In this document: positions 1 through 12,387 of the stretch, piece after piece
How positions within the stretch are numbered: position 1 is the stretch's first letter
Layout of the letters: every line of letters starts with the position of its first letter
Source of the DNA: Pristiophorus japonicus
Lineage: Eukaryota
NCBI RefSeq assembly: GCF_044704955.1
Contig: NC_091999.1
Span: 15,314,001-15,378,000 of the forward strand
DNA length: 64,000 nt
Reading direction: 5' to 3'
Notes under the pieces: model-generated
Databases searched by the model: none
Seen by the model: the letters and a program-made list of their open reading frames with translations, nothing else
What the model was told of the DNA's origin: nothing
Made by a program: the position numbers and the translations under genes

Positions 1-246
1 GATGGCTCCATCACGTACGGCTGTTTGGCGATGGACTTCTCCCCCGAAATCACCAGCCTTTCCTGGAAGAAAGATAAAGAGCCGATTACCACTGGATTGA
101 AGACATATCCGTCGGTGCTCAACAAAAAGGGAACCTACACCAGCAACAGCCAGTTAACCATCACTGAATCAGAGATGGGCAGCAGCACAATCTACTGCGG
201 GGTTCGACGTGGTGGGTCCATCTGGAACATCACAATGTAGTGTGGG
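1..246 (+). pseudogene. IGHM: IgM heavy chain Cmu1 exon (5' end outside the window; in-frame TAG at 238-240; 3' boundary uncertain)
   Basis: Frame 1 reads [75 protein letters not shown]. This has the C1-set Cys/Trp/Cys pattern and closely matches shark IgM CH1 as recalled from horn shark ([26 protein letters not shown]). No clean phase-1 donor precedes the stop. Confidence 0.92.
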
Positions 247-269
247 GTACAGGGCAAACTGATAAGGTG

Positions 270-645
270 AGAAGGTATGTTCAACTTGTATTGAAGCTTA
301 GTTAGACCACACTTAGAATACTGTGAACAGTTCTGGTGTCCATATCACATTTAAAATATTGTGCACAGTTCAGGTCTCCTTATCACACTTGGAATATTGT
401 TTAGAGTCCTGGTCTCCATATCAAACTTAAAATAACCTGCACAGTTCTGGTCCCCATATCACACTTAGAATACTGTGTACAGTTCAGGTCTCCATATTAC
501 ACTTAGAATACTGTACACATTTCTGGTCTCCATATCATACTTAGAATAGTATGCACAGCTCTGGTCTCCATATCACACTTAGAATATTATGCACAGTTAC
601 GGTCTGCATATTACACTGAGAATACTGTGCACAGTTCTGGTCTCT
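270..645 (+). repeat. CR1 fragment expanded into a 38-bp minisatellite (~9 copies, 308-645)
   Basis: Unit CACACTTAGAATACTGTGCACAGTTCTGGTCTCCATAT starts at 308, 346, 384, 422, 460, 498, 536, 574 and 612. It encodes the CR1 ORF2 motif HLEYCxQFWSPY and is preceded by CR1 LVRP sequence. Confidence 0.88.
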
Positions 646-762
646 GTAAATGCCAGGTTAGTGTTAGTCTGACAGCAAAGAACATGTTAAAATATAAGGA
701 CACTTTGAATTTTTAAATCATTTATTTTGCAAGCAATGTCAATAAACTGTCTTCTCTTGAAG

Positions 763-1080
763 GTCCTGAACGGAACATCATTCCTCCAACTGTTCTCCTC
801 ACGCTGAGTTCCACTGAACAAATCATCAACAGCAGATATGCAAGCGCCGTGTGTTCAATCATCGATTTTAGGCCAAAGTCACTGACCGTGAATTGACTGA
901 AGAGTGGACAACTTCTGGATTCGGGCTTTGTCACTTCTTCGGTCTTTGAGGTGAACGGGAACTTCTCGACGGCCAGTCGGCTGACAGTCCCCGCCGAGGA
1001 ATGGTTCACCGGCTCGGTCTACACCTGCCAGGTCACTCATGAAGGGTTCACACAAAGCCGTAACTTCACTAGATCTCAGG
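763..1080 (+). pseudogene. IGHM: IgM heavy chain Cmu2 exon with nonsense mutation
   Basis: Acceptor ttgaAG at 761-762 and donor G|GTAAGA at 1081, phase 1/1. Reads PERNIIPPTVLLTLSSTEQI...AVCSIIDFRPKSLTVN*LKSG...[15 protein letters not shown]. The invariant Trp codon is TGA (894-896). Confidence 0.95.
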
Positions 1081-1289
1081 GTAAGAGGCACAATCCCGGG
1101 AGGTTCCAGACCATTCTGAGCGCTGATCTCATCAGGTCTTTTATTGGAATTATTAAAAAGCACACAACAATTCCTAATTTCCAATCATGCGGTGTGTGTA
1201 TTATTCCGATACAAACTTGCCTTTGTACAGCGCATTTAGCGACCTCAGTCTGAACCAAAGCGCTTACCAGCCAATGAATTACGTTGAGA

Positions 1290-1630
1290 AATGTGGTCAC
1301 AGTTGGAATGTACAACGTGCGGCAGTCATTTAGTGCACAGCACAACTAGCAGTGTGCTAATGACCAGATTATATTTTGCTTGGTAGTGTTTTTCGAGATA
1401 TAAATATTCCCAGGCCACTATGGAGAACTCCAATGCTAATCATTGAAATAATTCCAGGGGAACTTTTACTTCCACCTGAGAGGCCAGACGGATCCTTAGT
1501 TTAAAACCTGATCCGACAGACGGCACCACCGATAGTGCACCACACCCCCAGTACTGCACTGGGAGACTCAGCTTAAATTTTGTGATCAAATATCTGGAGT
1601 TGGATTCAACCCACGATCTACTGGTTCAGG
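1290..1630 (-). mobile_element. Degenerate tRNA-derived shark SINE (SacSINE1/DeuSINE-like)
   Basis: Contains cttttacttccacctgagaggccagacgg...atccgacagacggcacc...cagtactgcactggg...ttcaacccac, the reverse complement of a central domain and B-box as recalled for this SINE family. Confidence 0.6.
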
Positions 1631-1849
1631 ATTCCTCATTGTTCAAGATTTAATAACCTCGCCAAAGAAGCTTTCCCCCTGCTCTGATTTCAGGCAGTGA
1701 GTGAAGTGTCCTTAGTCTCAGTTATAACTTGAGTTGGCTGATCATATATGGATCGGCAATAGGAGTCTAAAACCCTTTACTGCTAACTGAGCAGGAACCC
1801 TGCTAGAATGGGCACCGACCCTATTCAGAGCACTAAGCCAATTTCCGGG

Positions 1850-2340
1850 CTCCGCACGTCAGGAAGGATATAGTGGTCGTGGAGGCGGTAAAGTGCACGT
1901 TTACCCGAATGAAACCGGGGCTAATAAATTAAAATGATGAGGAGACGAGTATAGAATATTAAGAGGTGATCCAATTGTGGTGTTTCAGTTGATAAACTGA
2001 TCGAGTAGATATAGAACAATTATTTCCTTTGGAGGGAGAGTGCAGAACATGTAGCATAAACTTAAAATTAGAACTAGGCCGTGCAGAGGTCATGTCAGGA
2101 AGTATGTTTTCACAGAAAGTATAGTGCAAGTCTGGATGTCCCTCTCCATAAGCTGCTGATCCTGGGTTTTAATTTAAATTTTGATATCAGAGAATGAGAG
2201 AGTTTTGTTAGGCAAGATTATCAAGGGTTACATAACCAAGGCGTGAAGATGATGTTGAGTGTTGATCAGCCATGATCTAACTGGATGGCGGGTCAGGATG
2301 GATGGGCTGAATGGCCGCCTCCTGTTCCTATGTTGCTATT
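1850..2340 (+). mobile_element. Old CR1 LINE 3' fragment
   Basis: Degenerate RKDI..LE.VQ coding remnant, ending in the CR1 3' UTR gatcagccatgatct...gggctgaatggcc...cctgttcctatgtt. Confidence 0.75.
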
Positions 2341-3040
2341 AATGCTCTGAGGTCATATTTCATTTTGACTTTCTCTCACCAGACATGATAAATGTTCAGT
2401 AATGACAGAAATTAACAAACTACCTCACACCATTACACATGATTCCTCACCACAAAATATCCCTTGGGACCCATTCTCCCGAACTGGCACTTCTCCTCTG
2501 ACGGGGGCAGTGACTGGTTCCTGCACATTTTCACCGCAACAAAAATCACAGCAAGAGACTAGAAACTTAACTTTGTTTCTTGTTGACCCATAAATCCTGA
2601 AATTAATTTGACACTGGTTTTGAACCAGTGCAATGCTGGTGCAGACCTCATTACCTTCAGGCTATTCGGGCTTCAGCTATTATAACCAGCGGAGATGGAT
2701 TTGGGTGCAAGGATCTATAGAGGGGCTTAAAGGAGCAAGGGATTTCAGGAAGAGCGCTATTCAATGACTATCATAATTGCGCCCAATATATTCACATTTT
2801 AAGCCGGGTATTTGCTTCACAGCCCATTACAGGTGTCTCTGGCTGCAAATACACAGGAAATGTTACAGATTCCCCGGAATCGTTGGCAATTCATTGTCTT
2901 CCAATAACGACTGTGTTTAAGCAACAGCGAGAGGTTGATATCTCAAAAGTGATTTATTCCCCTTGAAAGAGTTAAGTCTAAATATTGGTGTCGTGATTCT
3001 GAAGATGCTGCTTTTCCTGACTTTCATTCCTGTTTCGCAG

Positions 3041-3348
3041 TGGATGTCCCATGCAGCGATTCAAAAATCACTCTTCGCCCACCGTCACTGGAACAGGTCT
3101 TACTGGAGGCGATAGTGACCTTAAACTGCGTCGTGTCTGACGCTCCTTATGGGCTCACCGTGACCTGGACCCGAGAAAAGAAGGCTTTGAAATCAGAGAT
3201 TGTCGTCCAAAGTAGAGAGGATCCCAACAGCGTGATCAGCAACTTAAACATTTCAAACAAGACTGGCTGAGTGGGGATAAGTTCTACTGCATGGTGAGCC
3301 ATCAGGATATGCCGACTCCCCTCAGAGATTCCATCCACAAGGAAAAGG
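3041..3348 (+). pseudogene. IGHM: IgM heavy chain Cmu3 exon with 1-bp deletion
   Basis: Acceptor ttcgcAG at 3039-3040 and donor G|GTGAG at 3349. Reads [32 protein letters not shown]...VTW...NIS, then shifts frame at ~3256 to [30 protein letters not shown]. Confidence 0.95.
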
Positions 3349-4249
3349 GTGAGCGGGAAGATTGTTGCAATAAGTGCGACACTGCGACTATTTCCGGTGC
3401 ATGTGCAAGGGCCAATTCATTATATAAAATGTTTAATGGGTTGGTAATTCCACGAATTCAGCACTCTGCAACATGCCATTATGTAGTTAAGGGGAAAATG
3501 GATCAGTCCATGAGCGATAAAGGAATAGAAGGGTATGTTATTAGGTTTAGATGAATGAGCTAGGAGGAGACTTGTGTGAAGCATAAACACCGGCATAGAT
3601 CAGTTAGTCAAATCTCCTCGTTCTGTGCAGTAAATTCTATGTCATTTTCGAGACTAACCCTTCAAGATTCAGAGAGAAAGATTATGTTTCCTCTGCTGCG
3701 GGTAGAAAACCAGAGAGGCCCCAGAGGGGAAAAGGAAAAGCGGTAAAATTCAGTGCAGAGTCCATTTCTCTCACATCTAACCACCAGAAATTGGTTGAAT
3801 CTAAATGGGGAAGGCGAGTTGTGGGCGATGGGCTCACAGGCCACCCGGGAGAACGGGAGGATTGGAAGCCGAGTGAGGAGGTCTCGGATCGCGGGGATAG
3901 GTTAGGCAGGGAGGATCCAGGAGGTAGGTGAAAGGGCAATTACCACCTGGGTGCAGCAGTCCCCGCCTCACTGTAACTGCAGGGATTTACACAGTGTGTA
4001 CAACCAGACGAGCTACAGTTAAACACCAAATGGAGGTTAAAAGAGAGGATTCCAGCCTCATTTAAATATATTACTCAAATATAATATTACAACCGGAACT
4101 GAGCACGTTGAGGTCGGGATTACGATTTTTACCAATTTAACCACATCCACGCCCATAACCCGCCCGCTTCATTAGGTTAAAGTACCCCCCCCCCCTCATT
4201 GTCTCTAGAATTGTCCAGTTCATTGGCCTTTATTGTAACTGTTCGACAG

Positions 4250-4641
4250 CGAAAGATCCACGGGAACCGGCCGTGTCTGTCCTCCTGCCCTCGGCAGAAG
4301 AAGTCTCCGCTCAGAGATCGGTCAGCCTCACCTGCTTAGTGAGAGGTTTCTCCCCCCGAGAGATCTTCGTCAAATGGACCGTCAATGACAAGCCGGTGGA
4401 TTCCGTCAACTACAAGAACACCGAGGTGATGGCGGAGAACGGCAGCAGATCCTTCTCCATATACAGCCTGCTATCCATTGCAGCCGAGGAGTGGGCCAGC
4501 GGCGCTTGTTACTCCTGTGTGGTGGGACATGAAACGACCCCCTTGAATATCACCAACAGAACCGTCAATAAATCCAGTTGTAAACCCAGTTTTGTGAACA
4601 TTTCCCTTGTTCTGATGGACACCGTCAATTCTTGCCAATGA
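4250..4641 (+). pseudogene. IGHM: IgM Cmu4 exon plus secretory tailpiece (frame open)
   Basis: Acceptor gacAG at 4248-4249. Reads [18 protein letters not shown]...[17 protein letters not shown]...YSCVVGHE, with tailpiece [19 protein letters not shown] carrying the N-glycan site NIS and the penultimate Cys. Confidence 0.95.
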
Positions 4642-4669
4642 CAATCTCTCGGTTGCATTTCAGTTCTTA

Positions 4670-4685
4670 AATAAAAACCAATAAA
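4670..4685 (+). promoter_or_regulatory. Secretory-form polyadenylation signals
   Basis: AATAAA at 4670-4675 and 4680-4685, about 30 nt after the secretory stop. Confidence 0.8.
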
Positions 4686-5027
4686 GTGTTTTCCTTCCAA
4701 CAGTGAGCTAAACACACAGCCGCTCAATTAATTGTGTTTCCTATTTTGGCCAATGTGAGGGCTGTTAATCTGAAGTAGGGCGTTTGCGGGTCTCGGGTCC
4801 AAGGCTTGTACAGCCAGAGCTCCCAGCGCAGATACACCATGGGCTAGAGACAGCGTGAAGCTCTCTCTTTACAGGATTCCTGAAAGTAACTTCGCAAACT
4901 TCCTCCTTTTCCCATTTCCGATAAATAAAACGCAGCACATTTATATCTCGGTGTACCTATTTCTCGGGTTGTCTATTGCGAATTCAGAATTGAAGTCAGT
5001 TTCATATTGCAGCCACACGCGAACACG

Positions 5028-5435
5028 AACTGTACCTCCACTCCCCACCAGAGAGAGGGGAAAGGGTAATTGTCAACCAACTTTAGTCCCACTCCCCTAA
5101 CGAGAGAGAAGGGGAGAGAGAAGGATAATTGTTAGTACACTTTAATCCTATTCCCCCAACAGAGAGTGAGAGGAACAGCAATTGTTAACCCACTGTACAC
5201 TCACTCCTCCACCAGAGATAGGGAAATGGGCAATTGTTAACCCAGTGTATCAGGCACTCCTCCAGCAGAGATTGGGACGGGTAATTGTTAATCTACTGTA
5301 GCTCCCCACTCCCCCAGCAGAGAGAGAGTAAAGGGTAATTATTAGCTTACTGGACCTCTCACATCCACCAGCGAGAGGGGAAAGGGCAATGTGTAATTCA
5401 TGTAATCCCCACTGCGCCCCCTGCAGAGACATGGG
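5028..5435. repeat. ~50-bp degenerate minisatellite (~8 copies)
   Basis: Recurrent attgttaacccactgta...actccccaccagagagagggaaagggta. Confidence 0.75.
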
Positions 5436-5779
5436 AAGTGAACCACCCTCTTTTATATGGACTAAGTTGGCGTCAGTACAATGTAAGATTCTAACCCATG
5501 GTCTAAAGATTTTAAACTTGCCACATGAGTATTCTATTCTGAAATAACTATGTATTCCACGTAATATTTTTAAATAGTGTTGGGGTGAAACTGTCCCTGT
5601 TAATTGTAAACCAACATGTTGAATTCTAATGGGCCATATCTAAACTGGTGAATTAATCCTCTGCGGGTTTCTCACAGTTGTGTCCCTGATGTTTCTCAGG
5701 CCCATCGGTTGAATTGTTGCATTCTTTCCGCTGACGTCACATTATTCCTCAAATAGAACATATTTACACAGAGCCAGGG

Positions 5780-7420
5780 AGAATAAATGTTTGTGTGAGT
5801 TTGTGTGTGTTCACATGGAAGTGTGTTGAGGATTTTGTGTAAATATGTGTGTTTTTGTGTAATTGCACAATTACACATAAACACACATAGACTTACATAT
5901 AAAGACATACATTAACACTCTGACACATAATATTATACATAACTAGAATATAATGAACACCATGATTGTAAAATCCAGTTATTGATACTCTCTGAAACTT
6001 TGAACAGTAGCAATAATAGACATCAATCCAAACACACACTACAAAAAACACAGTTACACACACTTACACACACATAAAGACACACGTCAATCCACACACA
6101 CATTTCACAAAACACACTGACACGCATTTACACACCATAAGTACACACATCAATCCAAACACACACTTACACAAAGCACACTTACACACACTTACACAAA
6201 ACGCACTTACACACACGTAAATACACACACAATAAACAAACACACACTTACAAAAAGCACACTTACACACACATAAATACACACATCAATCCACACACGC
6301 TCTTACACAAAACACACTTTCACACAGATAAACACACACATCAATCCACACACACACTTACACAAAACATAGGTGCACACACTCACACACACATAAACAC
6401 ACACATCAATCCACACATGCACTTACACAAAACACACTTACACACACATAAATACACACATCAATCCACATACGCACTTACACAAAACACACTTTCACAC
6501 ACATAAACATATACATCAATCCACACACGCACTTACCCAAAACATATACACACATACTTACACACACATAAACACACACATCAATCCACACACACACTTA
6601 CACAAAACACACGTGCAAACACTTACACACACTTACAAACACTTACACACACTTACACAAAACACATTTACACCCACATAAACACACACATGAATCCACA
6701 CACGCACTTACACAAAACACACGTACACATACTTAAACACAAATAAACACAAAAATCAATCCAAACACATACTTACCAAAAGCACACTTACACACACTTA
6801 CACACACACATTTTCACACACGTCAATCCAAACACACTTACAAACACACATTTCCACACACATCAATCCACACACACACTTACACAAAACACACACACAC
6901 AAACATACCTGCAAACCCACTGTTACATGTAAACACACATACGCTTACACCTAAACATAAACGAACACTCAGACATAACTACACACTTACACTTACAGAC
7001 ACAAGGAAACACATACACTTACACATAAGCACACATGTGAACACACTTGCACACAAACATACACACACAAACATCAATACACAAACCCTTAGACATGGAC
7101 GTGCTTATACATAAACGTACCTGCACCCAACTATACCAAATCGCACACTCATAATTACAGATAAACAAACGCTTCCATATGGACACACGCCCACTTACAC
7201 AAAACAACACAAAGATTTACACACACATACACAATGTTACAAATGCACAAGTGCACAAACTTACACATCAACAAACACATTTACACATAAACACACACAC
7301 ACACACACACACTTTTACACATAAACGTACACACACAGAGAAAAGCACGACACACTTAGATAAACACACACATCAACACCCTCACAGGGACACAGAAACA
7401 CGAACTAATCCAGAACAAGA
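5780..7420. repeat. CA-rich low-complexity tract with higher-order repeats
   Basis: Repeating cacacatcaatccacacacacacttacacaaaacac blocks. Confidence 0.9.
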
Positions 7421-8079
7421 GATAGTCATACAGTCACATAAACAGTAAAGAGCACAAACAAAAACGTCCGGCTATAGACGAATGATAATTAAAATGCATT
7501 TTTTGGCTGGACAAAGTACCAATGCTTGGCCAGAATAAATAATTCCTGATACCATAATATCTCACATTTCACTATTCTATCCTTACACATACACTGGATC
7601 AATATAGTTGTTGCAAACTGATACGTTAATTATGGTCTTAACAAATAAATAAACAAGGCAAAAACTCACAACTGATCTCTTACATAGCCCCTTTGACAGG
7701 CTCCAAATAATTAACTACCTTAACCTACCTGTAAAACAATAGAGATCCAGCCGTAATCCTTACTCGATATTTCATCATATTATTCCCGAATGATCAATCG
7801 TAGCGAAGTCATCCAAAATCAATTAGCCTCTGAGATTGAAGAAAAACTTTCATATTTTCCAAAACGTTCGAAAGGAGGATCATAAAGGAAGAGCGACTGT
7901 GGAGTGAGGAACAGAGAGAGGTTGCTGAGAGTGATTAACTTAACACAAGGTATACATTCAAAGTTAAATTAGAGAACAAACTAATACCGTAAGGGAAAGA
8001 AAAGAGAATATAAAAAAGTAGTATGATACCCGGGATTAATAAACGATCTGAATATATTTCCTCCCCTACATCCCCGCAG

Positions 8080-8207
8080 ATTCCTCAGACAACATCTGGA
8101 GTGAAAAGTATGAGGACGAGAGCGACAACATCTGGACAACCGCTTCCACATTCATCATCCTGTTCTTCCTGAGCATTTTCTACAGCGCTGCCGTCACTCT
8201 GGTGAAG
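8080..8207 (+). pseudogene. IGHM: IgM transmembrane exon TM1
   Basis: Acceptor cccgcAG at 8078-8079 and donor AAG|GTGGGA at 8208. Reads [42 protein letters not shown], the conserved antigen-receptor TM motif. Confidence 0.95.
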
Positions 8208-8321
8208 GTGGGAAGATTCAATCCGCTCACACTTCCATCTGACGGAAGTGGTTTGACAAACCCTGAGATAAATGCACTAGAGCACTAAACCTCAGCTTCA
8301 TTCTTTTATCCCTCTATTATA

Positions 8322-8397
8322 GTCAAGTGATGGTCTGACTTTCGGCCGCCATGGATTTTCCTCATCTGTTTATCATCTCTGTGTCACTAAAAATAAA
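8322..8397 (+). pseudogene. IGHM: IgM TM2 exon (VK-stop) and 3' UTR to the poly(A) signal; junction lacks one G
   Basis: A pyrimidine tract is followed by tatAGTCAAGTGA where AG|GTC AAG TGA is expected. AATAAA lies at 8392-8397. Confidence 0.8.
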
Positions 8398-8666
8398 CTA
8401 TGTCCTCTTGGTGATTCTCAGAGTAAAATGCCTCAAGTTACTAGATCCGAATCAGTAGCTGAGAAATATATAACTGGGATTTCCGTTTTTCTGTTTGAAA
8501 TGTGTACGATAATTGTGGCTGTAATGTAACTGTATCTCGGAGTTTCACCGTGCCTTGAATATTTCATGTATAAATAAGTAACTTTACTCATTCTTATTCA
8601 CAATTATTCCCTTCCGTTTATGCTGAACCCCTGTTCTCTCTCTCTGGTAACTGGCAGCTCCGACAT

Positions 8667-9092
8667 TAGAACATAAGAAATAGGGGCAGGAGTAGGCCAT
8701 ATGGCCCCTCGAGTTTGCTCCACAATTCAATACATTCAGGGCTGATCATCGACCTCAACTCCACTTTCCCGCCCGATAGCCATATCCCTTGCTTCCGCTT
8801 GAGTCCAAAAATCTATCTATTTGGGCCTTGAATATATTTAGAGACTCAGCATCCACAGCCCTCTGGGGCAGAGAATTCCAAAGATTCAGAACCCTCTGAG
8901 TGAAGAAATTCCTCCTCATCTCTGTCTTAACTGGTCGATCCTTTATCCTTAGACAGTGCCTCCCTAGTCCTGGACTCTCCAGCCAGGGAGAAACAAACCT
9001 TCAGCATTTACCCTGTCAATCGCTCTCAGAATCTTATATTTCAATCAGATCACCTCTCATTATTCTAAACTCCAGAGAGTACAGGCCCAATC
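8667..9092 (-). mobile_element. CR1 LINE 3' fragment
   Basis: Reverse-complement tail agaacataagaaatagg...ggagtaggcca plus ORF2 C-terminal remnant. Confidence 0.85.
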
Positions 9093-9544
9093 CGCCTGCG
9101 TTCGGTTGTCAATGTATTGCTCAGTTATATTCACTTTTTTAAACTTCCCTGTAAGTTGTTTTCTGTGAAATTGTTAATACATCTTGAATGAAAAATAAAC
9201 TAACTTGGAATTTGCTGTATTCCTTTCTCAATGGCTCCTCCACGCCGCTCCATTTTCCCTGTCACACTGTGTTTTATTTACCTGACAGGTACGTTTCACC
9301 CATCCTGTCTGGGTTGTTACTGAAACCAAGTCCCATTGGTGAAAGTCCCACTGCGCCACCCAGTGTCCCATCGGAGTAAATACACCTCTACCGCTGCCTT
9401 GTTGTATCCGGTCCCAGAGGCGCAATTACTGCACAGCGACCAGGTGCACCATGCAGCCTTCTCTAATATTATGGTCTGTCGCAGTCACATGTCAGGTTCT
9501 ATTAAAGATAAGGACTCTGCTCCATCACAGCTTGTCACATTTCA

Positions 9545-10080
9545 GTACACGGCAGAGTAAGTTTCCCTCTACAGTGTCCCATACAAATCTCCTAGGGCAG
9601 TTACAGCACAGGATTGATATAAGGTAAATGTCCCTATACAACGTCCAATCAAACACTCACAGGGCAAGTACAGCATGCATTAGATACAGAGTAAAGCTCC
9701 CTCTACGCTGTCCCATCAAACACTCCCAGGCAGGTACAGCACGGGTTAGATACTGAGTAAAGATCCCTCTACACCGACCCATCAAACATTCCCAGGGCAG
9801 GGAGAGCACGGGTTAGATACAGAGTAATGCTCCCTCTACACTGACCCATCAAACTCTCCCAGGGCAGGGACAGCATGGGTTAGATACAGAGTAAAGCTCC
9901 CTCTACACAGACCCATCAAACTCTCCCAGGGCAGGGACAGCAAGGGTTAGATACAGTGTAAAGCTCCCTCTACACTGACGTATGAAACTCTCCCAGGGCA
10001 GGTACAGCACGGGTTGGATACAGAGTAAAGCTCCCTCTACACTGTCCCATCAAAAGTCGCAGGGCAGGGATAGCACTGGT
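9545..10080 (+). repeat. 67-bp satellite (~8 copies)
   Basis: Unit GGGTTAGATACAGAGTAAAGCTCCCTCTACACTGTCCCATCAAACACTCCCAGGGCAGGTACAGCAC with period 67. Confidence 0.92.
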
Positions 10081-10554
10081 TCGAAATCTGACACAAACAC
10101 CGAGCACAACCTTGGGGAATCATTCCCAGAGCCCGGTGCTTATCAGACACACACACGCTCTCTCGACCGTTTTCTGTTATACACAGCAACTCTCTCAATT
10201 TTCCAGTTGAACAGCTTTTAGACAGAATTTGAGCCAGATGAGATCCGGCGCCGTACGGTGCCCATGGGTATTATGGAGCCCTCTCCGCCGATGTGCTAGG
10301 TGGGGGCAGGGTGTGTGATCGCCGGGAAAAATCCAATTCTGATCTAATACCATTTTAGTTTTAACCAGGCTAAGTATGCGAGTGGAGCCCTCCTCTCGGG
10401 GAGGGCATTTGTACAATAATTTTTGGTTTTGGATTGGCTTCTTTAAATGACTCCTGAGTCCAAACGTTTTAAACAGAACGAGGAGCAAAATAACCACCTG
10501 CAATCCTGCTCTAATCTCAGCAACACCCATTAACACTGGCACTCTGTCTCCTGT

Positions 10555-12387
10555 TTCCAGAATGCAGTTAGCCCTACTGAAATTAATAATGGGGAACATG
10601 GAGATGGCAGAAACTCTGAACAATATTTTGTATTAGTCTTTACGGTCGAGGACACTAGCAATATTCCGACAGTGGATAGTAAAGGGCCTATAGGGCGCGA
10701 GGAACTTAACACAATCACAATCACTAAGGCGATGGTACTCAGTAAGATAATGGGAGTAAAGGCGGATAAATTCCCTGGACATGATGGATTGAATCCTAGG
10801 GTCTTAAAAGAAGTAGTGATAGGGATTGTGGATGTATTGGTTGTAATTTACCAAAATTCACTGGATTCTGGGGAGATCCCAGCAGATTTTAAAATTGCAA
10901 ATGTAACGTGCCAATTTAAAAAAGGAAGCAAACAAAAAGCAGGAAACTGACCAGTTAGCCTAACATCTGTGGTTGGGAAAATGTTGGAGTTCATTATTAA
11001 AGAAGCAGTAGCAGGACATTTTGAAAAGCAATTTTCGGTCTGGCTGAATCAGCATAGATTATGAAGTGGAAGTCATTTTGACAAATTTGCTGGAGTTCTT
11101 TGAGGATGTAATGAACATGGTGGATAAACCAGAATCAGTGGAAGTGTTGCATTTGGACTTCTAGAGGCATTTGACAAGGTGCGACATAAACGGTTAATGA
11201 ACAAGATAAACTTTCACGGGGTTGGGGGTAATATAGTAGCATGGAAAGAGGATTGGCTAACGAACAAAAACAGAGAGTAGGGATAAATAGTTAATTCTCT
11301 GATTGGCAACCAGTAACTAGTGGCGTGCCGCAGGGATCAGTGCTGTTACCCCAACTATTTACTATCTATATTAATGACTTGGAAGAAGGGACTGAGTGTA
11401 ACGTAGCCAATTTTGATGACGTTACAAAGATGGGAGGAAAAGCAATATGTGAGGAGGACAGAAAAAATCTGCAAAAGGATGTAGACAGGCAAAGTGTGGG
11501 AAAAAATTTGGCAGATGGAGTATAACGTTAGAAAGTGTGAGGTCATGCACTTTTGCAGAAAAAAATCAAAGAGCACGTTATTATTTAAATGCAGAAAAAT
11601 TGCAAAGTGCTGCAGCACAGCAGGACCTGAGGTATTTGTGCCTGAAACACAAAAGGATAGTATGCAGGTAGAGTAAGTGATCAGGAGGGCCAATGGTATC
11701 TTGACTTTTATTGCAAAGGGGATGGAATATAAAAGCAGGGAAGTCTTGCTAATGCTATATAAGATATTGGTGAGGCCAAACCTGGAATACTACGTGAAGT
11801 TTTGGTTTCCATATTTACGAAAGGATATACTTGCTTTGGAAGCAGTTCAGAGAAGGTTCACTAGGTTGATTCCGGGAATGAGAGGGTTGAGTTATGAGGA
11901 AAGGTTGAGTAGGTTGAGCCTCCACTCATTGTAATTCAGAAGAATGAGAGGTGATCTTATCGAAAAGTATAAGATTATGAGGGGGCTTGTCAGGATGGAT
12001 GTAGCGAGCATGTTTCCACTGATGGGGGAGACTAGAACTAGAGGGTATGATCTTAGAATCAGGGGCCGCCCATTTAAAACAGAGATGAGCAGAAATCTGT
12101 TCTCTCAGAGGTTTGTAAATCTGTGGAAATCGCTGCCTCAGAGAGTTCTGGAAGCTGGGTCATTGAATAAATTTAAGGCTGAAATAGACAGTTTCTTAAA
12201 CGATAAGGGGATAAGGGGTTATGGGGAGCGGGCAGGGAAGTGGAGCTGAATCCATGAACAGATCAGCCCTGATCCTATTGAAAGATGGAGCAGGCTCGAG
12301 GGACCGTATTGTCTACTCCTGTTCCTATTTCTTATGTTCTTATGTTCTTATGTTCTTTTGTTCTTATGTTCTTATGTTCTTATGTTC
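10555..12387 (+). mobile_element. CR1 LINE, 5'-truncated, decayed ORF2 (RT)
   Basis: Fragments K(F)PGHDGLNPRVLKE, PQGSVL, NFDD(FADD) and LEAVQRRFTRLIPG, ending in an 8-bp (TTCTTATG)n tail. Confidence 0.93.

Noticed and set aside
308-645. CRISPR-like regular repeat
   Set aside because: Units are contiguous with no unique spacers, the sequence is CR1-derived, and the context is vertebrate.
6064-7448. His/Thr- or Cys/Val-rich ORFs
   Set aside because: Translations of the CA-rich tract.
9265-9271. RSS heptamer CACTGTG near the Ig locus
   Set aside because: No nonamer at 12- or 23-bp spacing.
9545-10080. CRISPR-like 67-bp period
   Set aside because: The whole unit repeats with no spacers, so it is a satellite.
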